Source: Sphingobium sp. (GTDB lineage Bacteria > Pseudomonadota > Alphaproteobacteria > Sphingomonadales > Sphingomonadaceae). Taken from it: a stretch of 64,000 nt of DNA. Positions 50,626-59,996 of the stretch are shown here, in pieces. Positions within the stretch are counted from its first letter, which is position 1; each line of letters opens with the position of its first letter. The stretch spans positions 481 through 64,480 of the forward strand of contig JBEVME010000080.1 of assembly GCA_040508785.1 (NCBI GenBank), in the 5' to 3' direction. The position numbers and the translations under genes were made by a program. The notes beneath the pieces are model-generated. The model was given only the letters and a program-made list of their open reading frames with translations, was not told the DNA's origin and made no database searches.

Positions 50626-52026
50626 TCACAGTGTCGTGAGCAAGGCCGAGACTGCGGGATCATGACGCCAGGCGTGGCGGATATGCAGTTTGAGGCCCGC
50701 GTCTCCCGGTCGTTGGTCACGCTGGCCCGCGACCCGAACGATGCGTCGCAATTGCGCCGCATCCTGGCCTGCGGATGCGATGAGCGCAGGCCAAAGCATG
50801 GAAGCCGATGGATTATGCGCCGCCTCGTCCAGGGCTTGGCGCAAGATGACTTGCGGTCCGTTTCCGTCGCGTACGGCGGCATCGACGGCGTGCGCGTTAC
50901 CAATGAGCCGGGTGTCGCGCTTCAATTCGGCAAAGCGCAGGAAATGGCGTGCATATCCGGCATAGTCGCCCCGTGCCAATGAGATGATCGACAGGCAGTC
51001 ATGGGCGACAGCGAAGTCGGGATAGGTTGCGATGATCGCATTCAAGGCTTTGGTCGCGGCTTCATCCTGTCCGGCCGACCACTGTGCCCAGGCGAGATCT
51101 GTGCGGATCGCGACAGAGCCGGGTTGGAGCAGGCGCGCGCGGTCGAGCGCATGAATGCCTGCACGGTGATCGCCATGATCGGAAAGGATATTGCCGTACC
51201 AGAAATGCGAAATGGCATCGTTGGGGCTCTGGATGAGCGCTCGCTGGAATTGGGCATCCGCCTCCGCAAAGTCGCGATCCGCCCAATAGGCGATGAAGCC
51301 GAGGAGGCGATGTCCGGCAGCAAGATCGGGCACGAGCCGAACGGCGGTGCGTGCCGCGACCCGCGCTGCGGCAAAGGCCTCCGCATCACTCCGCATCCCG
51401 AATTCACGGGATAATATCAGCGCTTCCGCCAGGCTTGCATGGCCAAGGGCATAGTCCGGAGCGCTGCGCACAACCTGTTCGAGGAGGTCGATGGCGCGCT
51501 CCAGCCCCGCGGATCGGCGGTCCGCTATCAGGTCGCGCGCGGTCAGAAACTTGCTCGACATCGCCGGGTCGCGCGGCAGCGCCGGTATCGAGATGCGAGG
51601 CCCGGACGGTTCGGCAGAGGCGCCGCTGCGGATAGCGACGGCGGCCGCCATTGCCCCCGTCAGTCCCACCATGGCCCATACAGCAAGTCTGCGGGCCGTG
51701 CCCTGTGCGGCCTTGCCTGCGCCCGAACGGGGCTGATCAGGGCCGGTTCCCGGCCGGGCGAAAGAAGAAGGGAGGGGAAACGTCAGCACATCGTCGCCCG
51801 GCATCGCGGACAATCCGGCCCACAGATCGAGTTCGTGCCGCAAGGCGAAGACCGTTCCGGTGCGCCCGCCTGGCAGGCGATGGACGGGCAGGCCACGCTC
51901 ACGCGTCCACCGCATGACGGTCGTGCGATCGCGCTTCAGATAGGCAGCGATCGATTTCCATCCGTCCAGCCTTTCCAACGGCATCGCGGACGAGGCTTTC
52001 GAATCGGGATGAACGAGATTTCCCAT
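50626..52026 (-). CDS. Membrane-anchored regulator-like protein: N-terminal excisionase/MerR-like HTH, TM helix, TPR repeats
   Basis: RLDGWKSIAAYLKRDRTTVMRW..GLPVHR; hydrophobic LAVWAMVGLTGAMAAAVAI; TPR-like APDYALGHASLA, FQRALIQSPND, HFWYGNIL. Confidence 0.8.
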   Translation of the reverse strand: MGNLVHPDSKASSAMPLERLDGWKSIAAYLKRDRTTVMRWTRERGLPVHRLPGGRTGTVFALRHELDLWAGLSAMPGDDVLTFPLPSSFARPGTGPDQPRSGAGKAAQGTARRLAVWAMVGLTGAMAAAVAIRSGASAEPSGPRISIPALPRDPAMSSKFLTARDLIADRRSAGLERAIDLLEQVVRSAPDYALGHASLAEALILSREFGMRSDAEAFAAARVAARTAVRLVPDLAAGHRLLGFIAYWADRDFAEADAQFQRALIQSPNDAISHFWYGNILSDHGDHRAGIHALDRARLLQPGSVAIRTDLAWAQWSAGQDEAATKALNAIIATYPDFAVAHDCLSIISLARGDYAGYARHFLRFAELKRDTRLIGNAHAVDAAVRDGNGPQVILRQALDEAAHNPSASMLWPALIASAGQDAAQLRRIVRVAGQRDQRPGDAGLKLHIRHAWRHDPAVSALLTTL

Positions 52027-52132
52027 TGTGCACCCCCTTGCGCAGGCGAAATCGCGTGCCGTGCGCAGAAGTTTAGTCCGGGATGCAGACCGCCGCGTCC
52101 ACCATATGTTTACCCAGCAACCGGGCGCGCGA

Positions 52133-53197
52133 TCATTCCGGGGTCAGTCGGGCAAATCTGTGCACCAGGTTTGACAGGCGCGAAATGCTGCCCGTGTCGG
52201 TCTTGTCATAAATCCGGTGCAAATGCGTGCGCGCCGTCGCCCGCGCCATGCCCAGGCGGTCGCCTATGGTGACCATGTCGCCAAATCGCATGGCGTCGCG
52301 CAGGACCCTGAGTTCGGTCGGTGTGAGTCGATACAGCGAGGCCATCGCGTCGAACGCGATGGATCGCGGCTGGTCGAGTATGGCGATGTGAATGGCATGG
52401 GTCGGGGCCGGTCCGGTGGCCAAGTCGCCGAACTGGTTCTGTTCCAGCGGCCTTGCTTCGATGAGCAGGCGGATCGGCGCATCGTCGCCGGAGGTCAGTT
52501 CCACTGCGACCGGATGGCCCTGTTCGATCGCGTCCTGCACGGCTTTGCCCAGAGGGCCTTCGCCCAGTCCGTCGCCGAGCCGCAGACGCAGCAACGATCC
52601 CAGCGGCAGATCGATTTCCGCGATGGTCCGGTCTGCGGCAAGCAGGATCACATAGCCGTTCGCACCAGAAAAGGCATGGACGCTGGCGGCATGATCCGCC
52701 GCGCGGACCAGGTGGCTCTGAATATATACTGTTCGGCGAAGATGCGGCAGCAGGGGCGACAGACGGTCGCATTCCTCCCGGGAAAATGGTGCCGACGGTT
52801 CGCAGCGCAGCAAGGCCAGATGCGCCACTATGCCGGGCCGCTTGATCAGGTTCACCGCCAGATTGTCGACGATACCTTGGGGGGCGAGATATTCGCGATA
52901 GAAGATGCTGTCGCGCACCACCTGTGTCTGAAGATGCGGCCAGGCCGTCGTGCATTCTCCTTCGGGCACGGCATGGAGCAGGCCGCGCATGATGTCATGC
53001 TGGGCATAGGTGTCGACATAGCTTTGCAGCCAGCGCGGATCATTGCCGAATTCCGCCTGAAAGCCGGCGCCGCGTGCTGTGTCGCTCCAGGCGAGAAAAC
53101 CTGCCTTCGCGTCGAATGCGCGAACCAGCCGTTCGATCAGCGCGGGAAAAAGCGCCTTGTTGAAAGCGGCATCATATATGTCTTCCAGTTGGACCAT
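52133..53197 (-). CDS. LuxR-type HTH regulator with N-terminal sensor domain
   Basis: IYDAAF, LLPHLRR; C-terminal LTPTELRVL..LGMARATARTHLHRIYDKT. Confidence 0.85.
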   Translation of the reverse strand: MVQLEDIYDAAFNKALFPALIERLVRAFDAKAGFLAWSDTARGAGFQAEFGNDPRWLQSYVDTYAQHDIMRGLLHAVPEGECTTAWPHLQTQVVRDSIFYREYLAPQGIVDNLAVNLIKRPGIVAHLALLRCEPSAPFSREECDRLSPLLPHLRRTVYIQSHLVRAADHAASVHAFSGANGYVILLAADRTIAEIDLPLGSLLRLRLGDGLGEGPLGKAVQDAIEQGHPVAVELTSGDDAPIRLLIEARPLEQNQFGDLATGPAPTHAIHIAILDQPRSIAFDAMASLYRLTPTELRVLRDAMRFGDMVTIGDRLGMARATARTHLHRIYDKTDTGSISRLSNLVHRFARLTPE

Positions 53198-53398
53198 GCA
53201 GAGGCGCCCCATTCCCGTTGTCGCCGCAACCCAACAGCCGCATTGCCGGGCGATTGTCGAGCGGTAGCACGACCGATGCGACAATTTGCAACATGTTGCG
53301 ACTGTTTGTCCCGTTCCCGAATCCCCGCACCTCATCAATCTGTCAAAAGTCCCTGCCGCTGCGGGGGCGGGTGGCACAATGGGGGGCGGTTGAACGCC

Positions 53399-53962
53399 AT
53401 GACGATCGCGATGGACAGGAGGACAGGGACCGTCGCGTCATGCGCCGCCCGGATCGCCGTGCCGATTGTCACGCTGGGTCTTTCGCCGATGGGGATGGCG
53501 CAGGAATCGAATGTCGAGGCCAACGCCACGCTGATCGCCCCATTGTCTATCGTGGCCAGCGAAGGACTGAGCTTCGGCACGCTGGCCGTCAGCATGGGGA
53601 CGTCCTGCATTTATGAGGTCTTGCCGGATGGCACGACCAACAAGAGTGGCGACCAGCGCTGTGCCTTTCTGTCGGGCGCGCCCACGGCTGCGACATTCGA
53701 ACTGGATTGCGGGCCCGGCGCGATGGTGCGGATGGAGGTCATCCACAGCAATCTGGCACCGACGGGTGCGGAATTCGCTGCCCTGGCGCGGCCGATGGCG
53801 GTGGACAGCGCGCCGGCGGGCGCCGCGATGCAGCTACTGCCCTGCGACAGCGACGGGCGCAGCGTCATTCATGCCGGCGGGCGGCTGACCACGCGCCCCA
53901 CGGCGGGCATCGGCTTTTCGGGACGTGTCGGCACCATCCGGCTGGAGGTCATCTATGATTAG
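53399..53962 (+). CDS. Pilin-like secreted protein 1 (DUF4402-like)
   Basis: MAQ cleavage site; ANATLIAPLSI..LSFG; 4 Cys; AGGRL; GTIRLEVIYD*. Confidence 0.8.
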   Translation: MTIAMDRRTGTVASCAARIAVPIVTLGLSPMGMAQESNVEANATLIAPLSIVASEGLSFGTLAVSMGTSCIYEVLPDGTTNKSGDQRCAFLSGAPTAATFELDCGPGAMVRMEVIHSNLAPTGAEFAALARPMAVDSAPAGAAMQLLPCDSDGRSVIHAGGRLTTRPTAGIGFSGRVGTIRLEVIYD

Positions 53963-54596
53963 GGTGTGCGAGCAGTTGGCCCCTGGCGGGCTGAAAATCG
54001 CGACAGGCATCGGGTCCGTTGTGCTGGCCATGGTTGTGGCGGGGCAAGGCGTGTCGGCGCAGGTCCGCGGCAACCTGGCGGTGCCGGTCGCCGTCCGCTT
54101 CGAGATCGCGCCCGATCCGCCGATGGAATTCCGCATCGTGCGGCCGCTGTCCTTCGGGACGGTGATGATCCCCAACCGCGTCAGCGCCGACACGACATGC
54201 ACGTACCGGCTGCGCACGTCGGGCGTGTCGCAGGTGGAGGACAGTTTCCGCAGCGCCGTCGATCCGGTGCGGGGCACCTATACCGGATGCCGGATCAACG
54301 GGCCGACCACGACCGGGCGGGTCGCGATGCGCTGCGCGGCGGGCGCGCGCATCTATGCCACGGTCTTTTCCCGCAGCGCGCAGATCGCCAACATCCGCTT
54401 CGTCGAAAGCACCGAGATAGAGGGCAGTCCCGACCAGGTCGCGCGGGGCGCGGTGCAGACGGTGTGCAACCCCAATGCGCAGGGCGAGATGTTCGTGCTG
54501 ATCGGCGGCCTGCTGGAGGTCGGCGCCAACTATTCGATTCCCACCGGGCAACTGGTGCAGGTCGCCACCATCCAGTTCGATGCGACCTACCTGTGA
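53955..54596 (+). CDS. Pilin-like secreted protein 2
   Basis: SAQ; APDPP..LSFGTVMIPN; 4 Cys; IGGLL; ATIQFDATYL*. Confidence 0.8.
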   Translation: MIRVCEQLAPGGLKIATGIGSVVLAMVVAGQGVSAQVRGNLAVPVAVRFEIAPDPPMEFRIVRPLSFGTVMIPNRVSADTTCTYRLRTSGVSQVEDSFRSAVDPVRGTYTGCRINGPTTTGRVAMRCAAGARIYATVFSRSAQIANIRFVESTEIEGSPDQVARGAVQTVCNPNAQGEMFVLIGGLLEVGANYSIPTGQLVQVATIQFDATYL

Positions 54597-55240
54597 GGGC
54601 GCCGTTCCTCCTGGCCGGGCTGATCGTCGGCGCGCTGGCGGCGCTGCCCGCCGATGCGCAGGTCCGCAACACCGCAAGCGCATCGCTGCCCGCCTTCGTC
54701 CAGATGGAGCAGGCCGGCGATCCGCCGCTGCAACTGGCCGTCGTCAATCCGGTGGATTTCGGCCGGGTCACGATCCCCAACCAGTTCCGGTCCGCCGAGG
54801 CCGTGTGCGAATATAAACAGACCGTTGATGCCGGCCGCCTCCTGTCGGAGCCGGGCGCGCCCTTCACATCCGATTCAGGGGTGACCACCAGCGGGTGCCG
54901 CTTCATTCAGACGGGCGCCATCGGCAAGCTGGCGCTGACATGCCTGGCCCAGTCCAACCTGATGCTGACCATGACCTATCGGTCCGGGACGGTGGCGGGC
55001 CTGACACTCGTGGCCGCCGAAAGGATACGGGTCGCGGACGCCGACGGAGCCAACGCCCAGATCTTTCCCGCGACATCGGGACGGATTCGCTGCTTCCCGA
55101 CGTCGACCCTGCCGGCGTCGTCGGTGATGACGCGGCATATCTCCTTTGGCGGTGTGCTGAGGATCAGGCGCGTGAACGACATGCCGGTCGGCAACCGTGT
55201 CGAGGCAGGCACTATCCTGGTGGAGGCGCAATATGAGTGA
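54593..55240 (+). CDS. Pilin-like secreted protein 3
   Basis: GTG start overlaps the upstream stop; ADAQ; VDFGRVTIPN; 4 Cys; FGGVL; GTILVEAQYE*. Confidence 0.8.
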   Translation: MRAPFLLAGLIVGALAALPADAQVRNTASASLPAFVQMEQAGDPPLQLAVVNPVDFGRVTIPNQFRSAEAVCEYKQTVDAGRLLSEPGAPFTSDSGVTTSGCRFIQTGAIGKLALTCLAQSNLMLTMTYRSGTVAGLTLVAAERIRVADADGANAQIFPATSGRIRCFPTSTLPASSVMTRHISFGGVLRIRRVNDMPVGNRVEAGTILVEAQYE

Positions 55241-55901
55241 CGCCGGCGCAACCCTGGCCCGTCTGGCCGCGATTATGGCCGCGCTGGGCACGATGCCCGC
55301 CTTGGCGCAGATTCGCGAGACTATGCGCGTGCCCGTGGTCGTCCAGCTGGAGCAGGCGGCCGATCCGCCGCTGGAACTGAGCCTGGTGCGGTCGCTGGAT
55401 TTCGGAATAGTGACGATCCCCAACCAGTTCGTGCGGCGCGACGCGACATGCGAATATACCGCCGCCGCGACCGATTTCGCCAACGGCACCTTCACCATGA
55501 CCGAAGGCAGTTCGAGAATATTGCCCGGTTCGGCAACGTCGGAAAGCGGCTGCCACATCTCCACCGTGGGCGGCGTGGCCGTCGTCGCCATACGATGCGA
55601 GGCGCGGCGGAACATCCTGTTCACCTTCAGCCTGTCGCGAGTGTCGATATCCGGGCTGGTGCTGCAGCCCAGGCTGACAGCGAAGCTGGCCAATGTGGAC
55701 GGCAGCCAGGCCGATTTCTTCGCCAATCCGGGCAGCGCGAGCGGGAAGCCCTGTTTCCCGACCAGCGCCACGCCGCCCACGCCCGTCGTCACCCGCCAGC
55801 TTTCGATCGGCGGCAGCATAACCGTGCAGGCAGGCCAGAGCCTGCCGACCGGGCGCAGGATCGATGCCGGCGCCATAGTCTTGGAGGCCCTGTACAATTG
55901 A
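55233..55901 (+). CDS. Pilin-like secreted protein 4
   Basis: ALAQ; LDFGIVTIPN; 4 Cys; IGGSI; GAIVLEALYN*. Confidence 0.8.
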   Translation: MSDAGATLARLAAIMAALGTMPALAQIRETMRVPVVVQLEQAADPPLELSLVRSLDFGIVTIPNQFVRRDATCEYTAAATDFANGTFTMTEGSSRILPGSATSESGCHISTVGGVAVVAIRCEARRNILFTFSLSRVSISGLVLQPRLTAKLANVDGSQADFFANPGSASGKPCFPTSATPPTPVVTRQLSIGGSITVQAGQSLPTGRRIDAGAIVLEALYN

Positions 55902-55915
55902 TGAGGGGACAATCG

Positions 55916-56575
55916 ATGAAGATTTGGACCATCCGGGCGCCCGTCCGCGCGAGCATGATCGCGACGACGCTCTGCGGCGTGACCGCCCATGCGCAGACGA
56001 GCACATCGACGACCGTCGGGGTGGACGCGACCGCGACCCTGAAGGACGCGCCGCCTACGCCCCTTTCGCTCAAGACGGTGACGCCGATCAGTTTCGGCAC
56101 GCTCGCAATCCCGAACAATCCCGCGCGTCCCGACACGCGGTGCCGATACAATCTGCGCGCGCGTGCGAACGACGTGTCGGCGACCGAGACGTCCTTTTCC
56201 GAAGTGGATGGTGGCGCTACCGTGGCGGGCGCGCCGTCGGGCTGCGGGTTTGAAGGGGCGCAGACCGTTGGGCAGGTGTCGGTCACCTGCCAGACCGGCC
56301 TGTCGGTCTTCTACAAGGTCGCCTACAACCTCTCGGCTTCTTCGGCCATGTCATTTTCGCCGGGCAGCACGACCGTGGCGGGCGCGATCGCGAAGAAGAT
56401 GCCCTTCAGCGAGTCCGTGCCGCTGGGCGCCAATGGCAGTTTCAGCTGCGATCCAGCGGCGGATAACAAGATGTTCCTGCTATTGAATGCGACGCTGGAC
56501 GTCAGGAACAGCTCCAGCCTGACACGCGGCAGCAAATTATCGGTCGGCACCGTCACCATCGACGTCAACTATTGA
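55916..56575 (+). CDS. Pilin-like secreted protein 5
   Basis: RBS GAGGGG; AHAQ; ISFGTLAIPN; 4 Cys; VGTVTIDVNY*. Confidence 0.82.
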   Translation: MKIWTIRAPVRASMIATTLCGVTAHAQTSTSTTVGVDATATLKDAPPTPLSLKTVTPISFGTLAIPNNPARPDTRCRYNLRARANDVSATETSFSEVDGGATVAGAPSGCGFEGAQTVGQVSVTCQTGLSVFYKVAYNLSASSAMSFSPGSTTVAGAIAKKMPFSESVPLGANGSFSCDPAADNKMFLLLNATLDVRNSSSLTRGSKLSVGTVTIDVNY

Positions 56576-56589
56576 GGGGGGAAGGGGCC

Positions 56590-57237
56590 ATGATGCGCAA
56601 CCTGCTCTGCCTGCTGATCCTGTCGGGCATATTGTCGGCATCGCCCGTGCTGGCCCAGTCGTCCGACCGGTCGGCGAGCCTCGATGCGATAGCGACGTTC
56701 GAGGATGCGCCGATGCCGCCGATCGAACTGTCCGTCCTGGCGGCGCTAAACTTCGGCAAGCTCGCCATTCCCAACAAGATCAAGCCCAGTACGATCTGCC
56801 GTTACGAAACCTTTTTCGAGGGCAGCAATACCCTGGCTCTGGTCAATGAGGTCAATGGCAACACCGTGGTTTCCGGGTCGCAGGGGACGGCGGGTTGCTC
56901 GATGACGGGCGGCTTCTTCGCTGGCGGTTTCCGGCTGGGGTGTCAGGACGGCATGACCGTTCGCTACAAGATCACCTATGCATCGGCAGGCGTCAGGGGG
57001 GCGGATTTCAAGGCGCCCGTCCGACGGCTGGGGGCGGCGATCCCCGCGCTGGACGATCCGCGCCGCATCGTCTTTCCGATCGATTCCCCGACCGGTCAGT
57101 TCATGTGCGTATTGGGCCTGAACAGCAAAAATTCCTTCGTCTATATCGGCGCCGTCCTGGACGTCACCAACGAGGCGACCCTGCCGCGCGGCACCAAGGT
57201 GAATGTCGGCACCATCACCCTAGACGTCAGCTATTGA
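56590..57237 (+). CDS. Pilin-like secreted protein 6
   Basis: VLAQ; LNFGKLAIPN; 4 Cys; VGTITLDVSY*. Confidence 0.82.
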   Translation: MMRNLLCLLILSGILSASPVLAQSSDRSASLDAIATFEDAPMPPIELSVLAALNFGKLAIPNKIKPSTICRYETFFEGSNTLALVNEVNGNTVVSGSQGTAGCSMTGGFFAGGFRLGCQDGMTVRYKITYASAGVRGADFKAPVRRLGAAIPALDDPRRIVFPIDSPTGQFMCVLGLNSKNSFVYIGAVLDVTNEATLPRGTKVNVGTITLDVSY

Positions 57238-57247
57238 GGAGCGGGAG

Positions 57248-57898
57248 ATGCACGCCCGCCTGAGCCCGGTCGCCTTGATCCTGATTGCTCTGCCGGTGGC
57301 GCCTGTCGCCGCGCAGACGGCGGCATCGCCATCGTCGGCCACGTTGAACGCCACGACCGTCTTCGAACAGGCGCCGCCGCCACCGCTGAAGCTGACGGTC
57401 GGCACGCCGATCAATTTCGGCAAGGTCGCCATTCCCAACAATGCGAAGGCCAATGCGGTCTGCCGCTATCAACTGGTGGTCGAGCGCGACAAGACGGTGA
57501 CGTCCGCCGACATGCTGAGCAGGACCGGCCTGGCCGTCGACCCGTCCAACCTTGCCGGCTGCGCGATCAGCGGCGCGTCGAGCGTCGGCATCGTGATGCT
57601 GGCGTGCGAGAACGGGCAGACCATCCGCTATGGGGCGAGCTATAGCTCGGCCGGCATCAAGGGGGCGCTGTTCCGTCAGGTGTCGCGCATCGGCTCCATC
57701 GCGCCGCCCGATCCTGACGCGCAGCGGGGCTATCAGATCATGAGCGACAATGCCGGCAGCTTCCGTTGCGACCTGGGGCGTGACGGGCAGCCGGCGATCA
57801 TGCGGATCAATGGCGAATTGCAGGTGTCCGCGGAATCCGACCTGCCCAATGGGGCCGCGGTCAATGTCGGCACCGTCACGCTCAGCGTAAATTATTGA
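57248..57898 (+). CDS. Pilin-like secreted protein 7
   Basis: VAAQ; INFGKVAIPN; 4 Cys; VGTVTLSVNY*. Confidence 0.82.
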   Translation: MHARLSPVALILIALPVAPVAAQTAASPSSATLNATTVFEQAPPPPLKLTVGTPINFGKVAIPNNAKANAVCRYQLVVERDKTVTSADMLSRTGLAVDPSNLAGCAISGASSVGIVMLACENGQTIRYGASYSSAGIKGALFRQVSRIGSIAPPDPDAQRGYQIMSDNAGSFRCDLGRDGQPAIMRINGELQVSAESDLPNGAAVNVGTVTLSVNY

Positions 57899-57914
57899 CA
57901 GGGAGAAAGGCATC

Positions 57915-58523
57915 GTGACCTGGCGTTCTTTTGCGACTGCCGTCGCGCTTACCACCTTGGCGCACTGGTCGCTGCCGATGGCGGCGATGGCGCAGACGAC
58001 CAGGGACAGCATCACCATCGAAGCGCTGGCGACCATCGTGTCGCCGCCGCCGACGCTGGCGATCCAGTCCAGCGCGTCGCTCGCCTTCGGCAAGGTGACG
58101 CTGCCGCGCGGCAATGTGTCGACCTGCACCTATACGCTCGATGTCCGGGGCGAGCGCGCCAGCTATGTCGACGGTTCGCCGGCCAATGGCGCGACCTGCG
58201 CCTTTCAGGACAGTGCCCAGACGGTGGGCAGCGTCGCCATCGCCTGCGACAATGGCGGGGTATTGGCCTATAGCTATGGCACCGACAGCCCGTTGCAGGC
58301 CAATGGCGTCTCACTGATAGTCGACGAGGATGATATCGGCTTCCTGAGCGAAGAGGATATCCGCTTCAACCAGGCGACCTGCGCCAATGGCGCGGCGACC
58401 CTGCATGTCGGTGGCCGCCTGTCGATCGCCAGCACGGCCGATGTCAGCGACAGCCAGGTGACGGTGGGCAGGGTGACGGTCGATGTCTTTTACGACACCG
58501 GTCAGTGCCTCGGCTGCCAATGA
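57915..58523 (+). CDS. Pilin-like secreted protein 8 with Cys-containing tail
   Basis: AMAQ; LAFGKVTLP; 4 Cys; VGGRL; GRVTVDVFY followed by DTGQCLGCQ*. Confidence 0.8.
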   Translation: MTWRSFATAVALTTLAHWSLPMAAMAQTTRDSITIEALATIVSPPPTLAIQSSASLAFGKVTLPRGNVSTCTYTLDVRGERASYVDGSPANGATCAFQDSAQTVGSVAIACDNGGVLAYSYGTDSPLQANGVSLIVDEDDIGFLSEEDIRFNQATCANGAATLHVGGRLSIASTADVSDSQVTVGRVTVDVFYDTGQCLGCQ

Positions 58524-59125
58524 CGGGCCGGGAGGCATTTCGGACTGTCGCCGGCCTGTGGTTGCTGGCAGGCTGGGCGGGCATGGCGACGGCGCAGACG
58601 AGCGACAGCGCCACAGTCGACGCGACGGCGACCCTGGCGGCGGCGCCGCTGTCGCTCTCCATCCGCAGCGCGCTCAGCCTGCGGTTCGGGTCCGTGCTAC
58701 GTCCGTCGGGCGGCGATGTGCAGACGTGCAGCTATCATATCGACACCCGCAACAACGAGGCAGTGTTCGAGGACGGGGTGGCGTCCACCCAGTTCCGCAA
58801 CTGCGGTTTCCAGGGGTCGGGTCGCGGCAATGGCCGGATCGTGATCGATTGCGAGCCGTCCCATGTGCTGGCCTTCACCTATAGTTTCGACAGTCCGGTG
58901 GCAGCGCAGGGCGCGCAGTTCATCGTCCATGACGCGGACATCGGCTTCGCGACCGTCGAGGGCGTGCCGCACAGCATGGCCTGTCCAGCGGGGGGGCGGA
59001 TCGACCTGAATTACGGTGGCCATCTGGATGTGTCGCGCGACGTGTCCGTGCCGGAAGGATCGAACGTCGTCGGCCACATCACCATGGACGTCTATTATGA
59101 GGCCCAGACATGCATTTGCGACTAG
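58520..59125 (+). CDS. Pilin-like secreted protein 9 with Cys-containing tail
   Basis: ATAQ; LRFGSVLRP; 4 Cys; YGGHL; GHITMDVYY followed by EAQTCICD*. Confidence 0.8.
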   Translation: MTGREAFRTVAGLWLLAGWAGMATAQTSDSATVDATATLAAAPLSLSIRSALSLRFGSVLRPSGGDVQTCSYHIDTRNNEAVFEDGVASTQFRNCGFQGSGRGNGRIVIDCEPSHVLAFTYSFDSPVAAQGAQFIVHDADIGFATVEGVPHSMACPAGGRIDLNYGGHLDVSRDVSVPEGSNVVGHITMDVYYEAQTCICD

Positions 59126-59991
59126 GATCTGTCCTGAAGATATCGGCGGCAATGCTGAGTACCGGTCTGCTGCCGGCGCAGGGCGTGGTGGCGCAAGGGG
59201 AAGGCTCCAAGCCCGAGACGTTCGACGCCGTCCCCGCCGATGCCGGCCAGCCCTTTGGCGGGATCGCCATATCGCCCACACGGCTGGTGATGGATGCTCG
59301 GCGCGGCGGGCAGGTGATGCTGTACAACAGCAGCACAGCGCCGGTCAGTTACCGCGTTGAGTCGCTGGACCTTTCGATCGATGAGACGGGGGCGCACAGC
59401 CCGGTCGCCGACGGGGCGATACCCGCCTGGTCGGCCCTGCCCCACATCCGCTACGCGCCGCGCCAAGTGACGCTCCAACCCGGCCAGCGCCAGGCGATCA
59501 AGGTGATAGCGCGGGTGCCGGCAGACGTGGCGGCGGGGGAGTATCGCAGCCATCTGCGCTTTTCTTCCATCCCGACCGTGGCGCCGGTGGAGGAGGCGGC
59601 CGAGGAGAAGCCGGGGCAGGACCGCATGGTGTCCGTCACCGTTGGCATGGATTTCCGCGTCACCATCCCGCTGCTGTTGCGGGTGGGCGAGACGACCGGC
59701 GGCGCCCGGATCGAGCGCAGCCAGGTCGTCAGCAGCGCGGAAAACCGCCGCGCCGTCAATGTCACGGTCGCGCGGACCGGCAATCGGTCGGACTATGGCA
59801 CGTTGCGGATCATGGGTGTGGACGGGGCGGTGCTGGGCAGCCTGCGCGGCGTTTCGGTGCCCGCGCCGCTGGGGCGGCGGATATTCCCGGTCGCGCTGAC
59901 CGGCACGGCGAAACCTGCCAGCGTGGCGTATGTCGAGGAATTGCCGGGCATGCGCGACGGTGACGTGCTGGCGCAGGCGGCGATCGACTGA
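59110..59991 (+). CDS. Periplasmic pilus chaperone (PapD/EcpB-like)
   Basis: IAISPTRLVM..LYN..YRV; RYAPRQVTLQPGQRQAIKV; GEYRSHL; IPLLLR; RTGNRS; start uncertain. Confidence 0.85.
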   Translation: MHLRLGSVLKISAAMLSTGLLPAQGVVAQGEGSKPETFDAVPADAGQPFGGIAISPTRLVMDARRGGQVMLYNSSTAPVSYRVESLDLSIDETGAHSPVADGAIPAWSALPHIRYAPRQVTLQPGQRQAIKVIARVPADVAAGEYRSHLRFSSIPTVAPVEEAAEEKPGQDRMVSVTVGMDFRVTIPLLLRVGETTGGARIERSQVVSSAENRRAVNVTVARTGNRSDYGTLRIMGVDGAVLGSLRGVSVPAPLGRRIFPVALTGTAKPASVAYVEELPGMRDGDVLAQAAID

Positions 59992-59996
59992 TCGCG

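Noticed and set aside
52217-53962. 581-aa ORF read as one large protein
   Set aside because: Its N-terminal part is antisense to the LuxR-type gene; only 53399-53962 matches the pilin skeleton.
53966-56575. 424-aa and 375-aa ORFs as possible two-domain adhesins
   Set aside because: Their N-terminal halves are off-frame overlaps of the preceding pilins; real starts with signal peptides are at 54593 and 55916.
53399-59125. Pilin array as CRISPR, integron cassettes or a DGR/shufflon target
   Set aside because: No identical DNA repeats, attC or inversion sites, reverse transcriptase or recombinase seen; the similarity is at protein level.
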